From the NCBI GenBank assembly GCA_963663165.1, contig OY760175.1, positions 1,504,001 to 1,568,000 on the forward strand: DNA of 64,000 bases. Reading direction: 5' to 3'. A program made the translations under genes and the position numbers. The DNA comes from an uncultured Desulfospira sp. (lineage in GTDB: Bacteria > Desulfobacterota > Desulfobacteria > Desulfobacterales > Desulfobacteraceae). Below are positions 56,694 to 64,000 of the stretch, piece by piece. Within the stretch, counting starts at the first letter, position 1, and the number at the start of each line of letters is the position of its first letter. Under the pieces are notes generated by a model. The model did not search any database. It was not told the DNA's origin and saw nothing but the letters and a program-made list of their open reading frames with translations.

Positions 56694-58253
56694 TTAAGAA
56701 TTGTTTAGGTCCAGGAGCTGCTGGCTGAGCCAGACCAGCACCAGGACCGGGATGCCCATCAGGGCCGTGATCATAAAAAAGGCCGGATACCCCAACGCAT
56801 CGACAATGGCGCCGGCATACCCCCCGAATCCCTTGGGAATCAAGGTCATCAGGGAAGTGAATACCGCATACTGAACCGCCGTAAACCGGATACTGGTCAA
56901 GCTGGACAAAAAAGCCACAAAGGCGGCACTGGCAATGCCGGCGGCCAGGTTGTCCGCCGAAATGACCACGTAAAGCAGGACCAGCTGATGCCCTGCCCCG
57001 GCCAGGGCCATAAACAGCAGGTTGGTCAAAGAAGACAGCAGGGCACCGGCAAACAATATCCGCATGATCCCGTATTTCAGGGACAAAATCCCCCCAAGGA
57101 ATCCGCCGGCAATGGTCATGAACAGCCCAAAGGTTTTGACGATACCCGCGATCTGCGTTTTTGAAAACCCAAGATCCTGGTAAAACACGTTGGAAATAAC
57201 GCCCAGGACAATGTCCGAAATCCGGTACAATCCAATCAAAGCAAGCATCAGCCAGGCCAGAGACAGGCCGTACCGCTTAAAAAAATCCCGGATGGGCTCC
57301 ACATAGGTTTCCTTAACCATTCCCGGGTTGGCCGCCCCTGTTTTCATGACCAGGCAGCCCACGCCAACGGCAGCCCCAAGCCCGGCACAAAGCCGGATGA
57401 ACTCCACCATAAAGCCTGCCAGGGCGTGATTTTTCAACACCTGGGCAAGGTTTGATGTTAACCCTGCGGCCATTCCGGAACTCACATAAAACAATACCAC
57501 AAAGCCGGCCACACCGGCCAGAAACACCAAGAGAGACCCCAGGTAATCTTTTGACGAATAGGGGCTGTCAGCCCTGGCCGTCCCCTTTGGCTCGCCAATG
57601 ATCAGGGTGGTGGCCACGCCCACAAGCATCAGCCCTGCCATAATCCGGTAGGTGGTCTGCCAGGCCATGCTGTCATAATGACCCAAAGATGACCCCAGGG
57701 TTTCAGCCAGAAAAAGTGACCCGGCCCCGGCGGCCAGCATTCCGATCCGGTAGCCCGCAATATAGGACGATGCCATCAGGGCCTGAAGTTCCGTGCCGGC
57801 CGACTCAATCCGGTAGGCATCAATGACAATGTCCTGGGTGGCCGAAGAAAACCCGAGCATCACGGCCGCTGCCGCCATAAACACCAGACTCTGGTGACCT
57901 GATCCCGGATCAATCTGCGCCATCAAAAGAACAGCCAGAATTATCCCGGCCTGGGCCGCCAGAATCCAGGACCGCCGGCGGCCTAAAAGCCTTGTCAAAA
58001 CAGGAATGGGAAACCGGTCCACCAGGGGCGCCCAGATAAATTTAAAGGAATATCCCAGGGCCGCCCAGCTGAAGAACGTAACCGACGACCGTTCCACGCC
58101 GGCCTCCCTGAGCCAGAGGGACAAAGAAGAAAAAATTAACAAAATGGGCATCCCGGCTGAAAACCCGAAAAAAAGCATGGTGATCACCCGGGGATGACAA
58201 AATGCGGCAATGGATTGGCCAAGATGGCGCACGGATGGGCTGCTGATCTTCAC
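56694..58253 (-). CDS. ampG: AmpG-family muropeptide MFS permease
   Basis: GFSAGMP, KFIWAPLVD, GRRRSW, SATQDIVIDAYRIE, GYRIG, TAVQYA. Confidence 0.9.
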   Translation of the reverse strand: MKISSPSVRHLGQSIAAFCHPRVITMLFFGFSAGMPILLIFSSLSLWLREAGVERSSVTFFSWAALGYSFKFIWAPLVDRFPIPVLTRLLGRRRSWILAAQAGIILAVLLMAQIDPGSGHQSLVFMAAAAVMLGFSSATQDIVIDAYRIESAGTELQALMASSYIAGYRIGMLAAGAGSLFLAETLGSSLGHYDSMAWQTTYRIMAGLMLVGVATTLIIGEPKGTARADSPYSSKDYLGSLLVFLAGVAGFVVLFYVSSGMAAGLTSNLAQVLKNHALAGFMVEFIRLCAGLGAAVGVGCLVMKTGAANPGMVKETYVEPIRDFFKRYGLSLAWLMLALIGLYRISDIVLGVISNVFYQDLGFSKTQIAGIVKTFGLFMTIAGGFLGGILSLKYGIMRILFAGALLSSLTNLLFMALAGAGHQLVLLYVVISADNLAAGIASAAFVAFLSSLTSIRFTAVQYAVFTSLMTLIPKGFGGYAGAIVDALGYPAFFMITALMGIPVLVLVWLSQQLLDLNNS

Positions 58254-58262
58254 AAAAGGGGC

Positions 58263-59117
58263 CTATAAGCTAATTTCAAACCCGCTGGGAACCCCAAAAC
58301 AGGGAATGGGCGATGCATTGTCCCGGGCAAGACGATCTTTTAGCATTTTTTGGGCGTCTTTGACCACTTTTTTCATATCCTTGTCAGTCCGGTCCTGATT
58401 GATGTGAACCAGCCCGAGCTGTTTAACACCGGCCGCTGCCGCCAGGTTCACCACATCCGGAACCATGGAGTGGCCCCAGCCGATTTTATTTTTATACTCG
58501 CCGGCCGTGTACTCGGCATCATGGAACAGGATATCCGCGCCTTGACAAAAGCCGACGTAATCATCAAATCCCGCGCCCTGGGGGTGGTCATGCCCTAACT
58601 CATTGTCCGTCAACAGCACAAAGGCCTTACCGTTTTCCTTCAACTTATACCCCATGCTCCCTTCAGAATGGCTGGCAGGAATGGTTTCAATTTCAATGGC
58701 GCCGATACTAAACTGACCGGTTAACGAAGGATCAAAGATAATCCCGGCCTGATAATCTGAAAGGGTTACAGGAAATAAAGGAGGAGACATGATCCGGGAC
58801 AGCACCTGTCGGGTACTGAGGCCTTCAAAGGTTCTGTCCTGAATAATCAGTTGGTTACTGGCATCCAGCAACGGGGCAAAAAACGGCAAACCGATAATAT
58901 GGTCCCAGTGAAAATGGGTGAGCAGCAGATAAAATTTTGATTTCTTTCTCGTGGCCAGTGATTTGCCTAGCCCGCGGATACCGGTTCCTGCGTCTATGAT
59001 GATGATTTCTCCGGAATCGGCTATAATTTCAAAGCAAGTGGTATCGCCGCCGAATTCCAGGTAGCCTTTTCCGGAAACAGGTATGGAACCTCTGGATCCC
59101 CAGCATCTAATGAACAT
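58263..59117 (-). CDS. MBL-fold metallo-hydrolase
   Basis: WGSRGSIP, DAGTG, THFHWDHIIGLPFF, GWGHS. Confidence 0.9.
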   Translation of the reverse strand: MFIRCWGSRGSIPVSGKGYLEFGGDTTCFEIIADSGEIIIIDAGTGIRGLGKSLATRKKSKFYLLLTHFHWDHIIGLPFFAPLLDASNQLIIQDRTFEGLSTRQVLSRIMSPPLFPVTLSDYQAGIIFDPSLTGQFSIGAIEIETIPASHSEGSMGYKLKENGKAFVLLTDNELGHDHPQGAGFDDYVGFCQGADILFHDAEYTAGEYKNKIGWGHSMVPDVVNLAAAAGVKQLGLVHINQDRTDKDMKKVVKDAQKMLKDRLARDNASPIPCFGVPSGFEISL

Positions 59118-59345
59118 GTCTCTCCTGGTATAGGGTGAAAATTTTCATGCAAAACAGCCATTAAAATCGGTCTATATGTTTAACGAATTAAATTCATAAA
59201 CTGAAATTTAATTATTTTTAAAAACGGTTAAACGGTATCAAACTTTTTTAACACCTAACCGTTGACAACCTTACGATTATTGCTTAGGAAAACCTTAGGG
59301 TCTATATAGCATACAACAAACTCATAAAAAAGGGGGCGATTCATT

Positions 59346-61193
59346 ATGGCACAACTTATTGCTGACAGAAGAGATGTGGACTTTGTTCTTCACGAGCAGA
59401 TCGGGATGGTCGAACATGAGCTGTTTGCCGAGTTCAACAAAAAAACCGTTGACCTGATTGTATCTGAAGCAAGGAACCTGGCCATCAAAGAGATCCTGCC
59501 AACGTTCAAAGAAGGGGATGAACAAGGCTGTGTCCTTGAAAACGGCAAGGTCACGACCCCCCCCTCCTTTAAGCGGGCCTGGGACCTGTTCTGCGAAGGA
59601 GAGTGGCTGGCCATGTGCGATGATCCCGAAGCCGGCGGCCAGGGCATGCCCCGGACCGTGGGCAGCGCGGCTTTAGAATATATGGTGGGGGCCAACTCCT
59701 CTTTTATGCTCTACTACGGCATGACCCACGGGGCCGCCAAACTCGTGGAATCCTTTGGCACCGAGGCCCAGAAAAAGCTTTACTTAAAAAATATGTTTGC
59801 CGGCAAATGGGGCGGAACCATGCTGCTCACCGAGCCTGAAGCCGGCTCCGATGTCGGGGCCCTGACCACCACGGCCGTCAAAAAAGGTGACGGCACCTAT
59901 GCCATCAACGGGTCCAAAATTTTCATCTCCGCCGGGGAACACGATCTGTGCGATAACATCATCCATCCGGTTCTGGCCCGGATTGAAGGGGCACCGGAAG
60001 GCACAAAGGGGATTTCCCTGTTCCTGGTCCCCAAGTACCTGGTCAACGAAGACGGGTCCCTTGGACCATTCAACCATGTGGTCTGTACCGGGCTTGAACA
60101 TAAAATGGGAATCCATGGAAATGCCACGGCATCTCTGTCTTTGGGCGAGAAAGGCGAATGCATCGGCACCCTGCTGGGGGAAGAAAACAAGGGCATGCCC
60201 GAGATGTTCCAGATGATGAATGAGGCCCGGGCCTTTGTGGGCATGCAGGGGTTTGCCACGGCATCTGCCTCCTATATGTATGCCTTAGAGTATGCCCGGA
60301 CCAGAATCCAGGGCCGCCACCTGGCCGCCGGCAAGACCGGGGATTATAAAAGCGTGACCATCATCAACCACCCGGATGTCAAGCGCCAGTTGCTGAACAT
60401 GAAGGCCTATACCGAGGGCATGCGCTCGTTGCTCTACTATTACGCCAAATGCACCGACATCGTTCACACCACAGAAGATGAAACCCTCAAAAAAGAGACC
60501 AGCGCCCTGATTGAAGTGCTCACCCCCATTGCCAAAGGGTTTGTCACGGACAAGGCCTTTGAGGTCTGCTCCCACGGGGTTCAGGTTTACGGCGGATACG
60601 GATATATCCAGGAATACCCGGTGGAACAGCTGCTCAGGGACTCCAGAATTTTCATGATCTATGAGGGGACCAACGGGATCCAGGCCATGGACCTTGTCGG
60701 CCGCAAGCTGTCCATGAACAAGGGGGCCTCCTTTGCCTATTTCCTGGACCAGATCAAACAGACCATTGAGCAGGCAAAAGCGATTGAGGGCGTGGAAGGC
60801 CTTGCCGAAAAAGTGGCCCATGCCGTTTCCCGGTTAGAAGAGCTGGCCGCCGAAATCGGCAGCCGGTCCAGGTCTGAGAATATGCTCAATGCCTATGCCT
60901 TTGCCAGTCCGTTCCTGGAAATCACCGGGGAAATCACCTTTGCCTGGATGCATTTGTGGCGGGCCTGTGTGGCCGCACCCAAGCTTGCCAAAAAAGTCGG
61001 CTCCCTGGATAAGGACGAAGTGGCCGCCAAAGCCGCCAAGAACAAGGACGCGGCCTTTTATGCCGGCCAGATGGCCACGGCCCGGTTTTTTATCCATACC
61101 CTTCTGCCGGCGGTTTATGGTAAGATGGATGCGATCCTTGAAGGGGATTCTTGTGTAGAGGATATACAGGACGTCTCCTTTGGATCAAAATAG
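59346..61193 (+). CDS. Acyl-CoA dehydrogenase (paralog of 19085-20896)
   Basis: LTEPEAGSD, KIFIS, EHKMGIHG, YEGTNGIQAMDL. Confidence 0.95.
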   Translation: MAQLIADRRDVDFVLHEQIGMVEHELFAEFNKKTVDLIVSEARNLAIKEILPTFKEGDEQGCVLENGKVTTPPSFKRAWDLFCEGEWLAMCDDPEAGGQGMPRTVGSAALEYMVGANSSFMLYYGMTHGAAKLVESFGTEAQKKLYLKNMFAGKWGGTMLLTEPEAGSDVGALTTTAVKKGDGTYAINGSKIFISAGEHDLCDNIIHPVLARIEGAPEGTKGISLFLVPKYLVNEDGSLGPFNHVVCTGLEHKMGIHGNATASLSLGEKGECIGTLLGEENKGMPEMFQMMNEARAFVGMQGFATASASYMYALEYARTRIQGRHLAAGKTGDYKSVTIINHPDVKRQLLNMKAYTEGMRSLLYYYAKCTDIVHTTEDETLKKETSALIEVLTPIAKGFVTDKAFEVCSHGVQVYGGYGYIQEYPVEQLLRDSRIFMIYEGTNGIQAMDLVGRKLSMNKGASFAYFLDQIKQTIEQAKAIEGVEGLAEKVAHAVSRLEELAAEIGSRSRSENMLNAYAFASPFLEITGEITFAWMHLWRACVAAPKLAKKVGSLDKDEVAAKAAKNKDAAFYAGQMATARFFIHTLLPAVYGKMDAILEGDSCVEDIQDVSFGSK

Positions 61194-61338
61194 GGTTTGA
61201 ACGAAAAGCCACCCATCTGCTGCGTTGCAGAAAAATTTGCAATCCTCACGACCTTCAAGGTTGCTCCGGTTGCAAATTTTTCTGGCTTCTGACCTTTGGT
61301 TACGCCTTGCATCTGGGTACCTTTTCGCCCAAACTCCA
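61191..61338. mobile_element. ~150-bp palindromic MITE-like element
   Basis: Imperfect terminal inverted repeats GGGTTTGAACGAAAAG / CTTTTCGCCCAAACTC; internal CAGAAAAATTTGCAA / TTGCAAATTTTTCTG; partial copies at 44040-44119 and about 6628-6656. Confidence 0.72.
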
Positions 61339-61450
61339 GTTCTCAACCAGATATAACCTAAGTGGGTAGGCCAACGGCTATTAGGCTGAAGTTTGCAATT
61401 CCTTCAGCCTAAACCCCTTCAGCCTAAACCCCTTTACAAAGGAGTCCTTC

Positions 61451-61753
61451 ATGTTGGAAACCATAAAGAAAAGTATTCTTACCGGGATTGGCATGGCCTT
61501 GCGGTCCAAGACGGAAATTGAGGAGATGGCAAAGGAGTTTGCCCAGAATGCCGAAATGAACCAGACAGAGGCAAAGGAATTTCTCAACGAGATTCGGACC
61601 AAATACGATGAGGCCCGGTCCGACTTTGACAAGAAACTGGAATCCGCCGTTGAAACCGTATTGAAAAAACTGGACCTGCCCACCCGGTCGGATATCCGGG
61701 AACTGAACAGCCGAATTGATGAGCTTGCCGAAAAACTGGACAAAAATTCCTGA
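61451..61753 (+). CDS. Phasin-like (PhaF/PhaI-related) coiled-coil protein
   Basis: IKKSILTGIG...LDLPTRSDIRELNSRIDEL; upstream of an ABC1 kinase. Confidence 0.72.
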   Translation: MLETIKKSILTGIGMALRSKTEIEEMAKEFAQNAEMNQTEAKEFLNEIRTKYDEARSDFDKKLESAVETVLKKLDLPTRSDIRELNSRIDELAEKLDKNS

Positions 61754-61762
61754 TCCGGGCCC

Positions 61763-63472
61763 ATGCTCAGCATTAAAAATATCGGCAAGGTCACCAAGCG
61801 GTACCGCCATCTGATCCGGTACCAGCAGATCATCGGGATTATTTTCAAGTATGGGTTTGAAAATATCCTGGAAGCCGTCCGGATCGACCATTACATTGAA
61901 TCCGGTTTAAAGCTGTTTCACCTGGACCGGGCCGATGAGCCCAGCGAGAAAATCCACCGGCTCAACCGGAACCAGAGAATCCGGATGGCCCTGGAAGAAC
62001 TTGGGCCCACCTTTGTCAAGATGGGCCAGGTTCTCTCCTCAAGGCCTGATCTGGTTCCCCTGGACCTGATCGGTGAACTTGAAAAACTTCAGGACAATAT
62101 CCCGAGTTTCGGTTTTGACCAGGTAACGGGCATTATCCTTTCAGAGTTCGGCAAAAGCCATGAAGTCATGTTTGATTCCTTTGACCCTGCCCCTTTTGCC
62201 TCGGCCTCCATCGGCCAGGTTCACCAGGCAACCATCCAGGGCGACATCAAGGTCGCCGTCAAGGTCCAGCGGCCCGGAATAAAAAAGACCATAGAGGCCG
62301 ACCTCGAAATCATGCACCACCTGGCCTCCATCCTTGAACGGAATATCGAAGAAGCCGCCCTTTTCCGGCCGGTCAAAATTGTTGAAGAATTTGCCAAAAC
62401 CCTTGAGAAGGAACTGGACTACACCATTGAAGCGGCCAACATGGAGCGGATGGGCGGGCAGTTTGCAAAGGACAGGTCCATTCATATTCCCAAAACCTTT
62501 CCCCATCAATCCAGTGAACGGGTCCTGACCATGGAGTTCATCCAGGGCATAAAGGCCGACAACATCAAGGCCATTGATCAGGCAGGCCTTGACCGGAAAC
62601 GGATTATGCGGACCGGGGCTGACTTTACCATGAAACAGGTGTTTGAGCACGGGTTTTTCCATGCCGACCCCCATCCGGGGAATATCTTTGTTCTTGAAGA
62701 CGGCCGGATCTGCCCGGTTGATTTCGGCATGACAGGCTACGTGGACCAGACCACCCGGGAAATCTTTGTGGACCTGATCCATGCCATCGGCTCTAAGAAT
62801 TTCAAGGCCTCGGCCACCCTGTTGTGCAGCCTTGCCGAATATGATGCCCTGCCGGACATGGCCTTTTTGGAAAAGGATCTTTCCCAGTTTGTCTCCCTGC
62901 ACCTGACCAAGTCGTTAAAGGACATCAAAACCACCGGAATGCTCAACCGGTTTCTTGAACTGTGTTCGACTCACGGTATCCGGATACCGCCCGATCTTTT
63001 TTTAATGATGAAAGCCTTTATCTGCGTTGAAGGGCTGGCCAGAAAACTGGACCCGGACTTTAATATGATCGCCCATGCCGTGCCCTATGTGGAAAAGGCC
63101 AAATTCAAAAAATACTCCCTGCCCCGGCTCACCGAGGACCTTCTGGGCATTGCCCGGGAATCCCTGGGGCTGTTTCAGACCCTTCCCGCGGACGCCAAGG
63201 AACTGCTCCGGCTGGCCAAAGCCGGCAAACTCCACCTTGACATCAGCATCGACCAGATGGACCGGATGATGAAAACCCAGGACCAGACCTCCAACCGGAT
63301 TTCCTTTTCCATCATCATTGCGGCCCTGATTTTGGGGTCGGCCATCGTGGTCAACTCCGATGCCCAGCCGCTTCTTTTCGGATTTTCGGTCATCGGCATT
63401 GCCGGCTTCATTGCCGCGGCCGTCATGGGAATCTGGCTTTTGGTGGCCATTATCCGGCGAGGAAGGTTATAA
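61763..63472 (+). CDS. ABC1/UbiB-family atypical kinase
   Basis: LGPTFVKMGQ, ASASIGQVH, VAVKVQRP, FFHADPHPGN, DFGM. Confidence 0.93.
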   Translation: MLSIKNIGKVTKRYRHLIRYQQIIGIIFKYGFENILEAVRIDHYIESGLKLFHLDRADEPSEKIHRLNRNQRIRMALEELGPTFVKMGQVLSSRPDLVPLDLIGELEKLQDNIPSFGFDQVTGIILSEFGKSHEVMFDSFDPAPFASASIGQVHQATIQGDIKVAVKVQRPGIKKTIEADLEIMHHLASILERNIEEAALFRPVKIVEEFAKTLEKELDYTIEAANMERMGGQFAKDRSIHIPKTFPHQSSERVLTMEFIQGIKADNIKAIDQAGLDRKRIMRTGADFTMKQVFEHGFFHADPHPGNIFVLEDGRICPVDFGMTGYVDQTTREIFVDLIHAIGSKNFKASATLLCSLAEYDALPDMAFLEKDLSQFVSLHLTKSLKDIKTTGMLNRFLELCSTHGIRIPPDLFLMMKAFICVEGLARKLDPDFNMIAHAVPYVEKAKFKKYSLPRLTEDLLGIARESLGLFQTLPADAKELLRLAKAGKLHLDISIDQMDRMMKTQDQTSNRISFSIIIAALILGSAIVVNSDAQPLLFGFSVIGIAGFIAAAVMGIWLLVAIIRRGRL

Positions 63473-63533
63473 AGCGGAGACCGGAGACTGGAAACCGCCA
63501 GACCGGATGTTGTAAATCCTTTAGCCTTAAATC

Positions 63534-63584
63534 GTTGGAGCGGGCCATGCCCGCGATTCTTTCGCGGGCATGGCCCGCTCCAAC
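63534..63584. repeat. REP doublet (perfect inverted pair)
   Basis: GTTGGAGCGGGCCATGCCCGCGA-N5-TCGCGGGCATGGCCCGCTCCAAC. Confidence 0.85.
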
Positions 63585-63736
63585 CTTGCCAGTGCCGCTT
63601 TATTAGAAAACCATGAGAAGGCTTGGGGTCGCTATACAACCTTGAACCAATCTGCTATTTTCCCGAACCATAAAATTTAACAGGCAATGTGAGGCGCTGC
63701 CTGGCGGTTAAAATGGAAAAAGGGATATGATCAAAA

Positions 63737-64000
63737 ATGGTAGATGATTCACAGCCGGTGTATCGGAAAGACTGGTCCGCCACCCTTAAAACCGCCGCCA
63801 TTGTCTGGGGTGTCAATTTTCTGTTAACCGGATTCAAGTTTCTCATCTACTGGGTGTCCGGCAGCCTTGCCGTGCTGGCCGAGGCCTGGCACAGTTTTAC
63901 GGATATCGCCACCAGCGGCCTGGTTTTTTTCGCCATCTTCTTTTCAACCCGGAAAACCGGCCAGACAGAAGGCCCGGGACAAGGCCCTGAAGGGCCCCGG
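63737..64000 (+). CDS. Cation diffusion facilitator transporter (5' part)
   Basis: Translated by hand: ...VNFLLTGFKFLIYWVSGSLAVLAEAWHSFTDIATS; runs off the window. Confidence 0.82.
   Translation, partial: MVDDSQPVYRKDWSATLKTAAIVWGVNFLLTGFKFLIYWVSGSLAVLAEAWHSFTDIATSGLVFFAIFFSTRKTGQTEGPGQGPEGPR

Noticed and set aside
61381..61435. Two 15-bp direct repeats (CCTTCAGCCTAAACC) with one inverted copy
   Set aside because: Real but short; likely another simple intergenic palindrome with no evidence of a distinct function.

Overview
Chromosomal window from a sulfate-reducing Deltaproteobacterium. A Desulfobacteraceae-like host is inferred from the qrcABCD operon, system-II cytochrome c maturation genes, cimA and a PEP-CTERM gene. 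Most of it is housekeeping: a TonB/ABC uptake operon with a radical SAM gene, cmoAB, parM-like/larB, ilvD-ilvB-ilvN-cimA-leuA behind a previously unannotated-looking Ile/Leu/Val attenuator leader, two acyl-CoA dehydrogenases, qrcABCD, ccsA/resB, recD, mpl, hemL, tRNA-Lys, tRNA-Arg and an rpoH-like sigma factor. The unusual part is an accessory island at about 21.9-33.7 kb. It contains six direct copies of a non-coding repeat (about 220-230 bp, one truncated) starting AAATGGGGTCGGGCCAC and usually ending in a long hairpin. These repeats delimit co-oriented cassettes: Phd-PIN, MazE-MazF, an AAA/DUF4143-type ATPase, DinJ-YafQ, ParD-ParE and a ParE remnant. Several junctions carry 'stuttered' partial copies of the repeat terminus. 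A seventh, inverted and diverged copy brackets a sigma54-driven PEP-CTERM gene. No integrase, attC site or cas gene is present. A 4,206-bp Mu/IS21-like DDE transposon encoding a RepB'-type primase has inserted into yafQ, with TG...CA ends and a 5-bp target duplication. Several small repeat families (90-bp two-hairpin element, ~150-bp MITE, REP doublets, heptamer arrays) occupy intergenic space.
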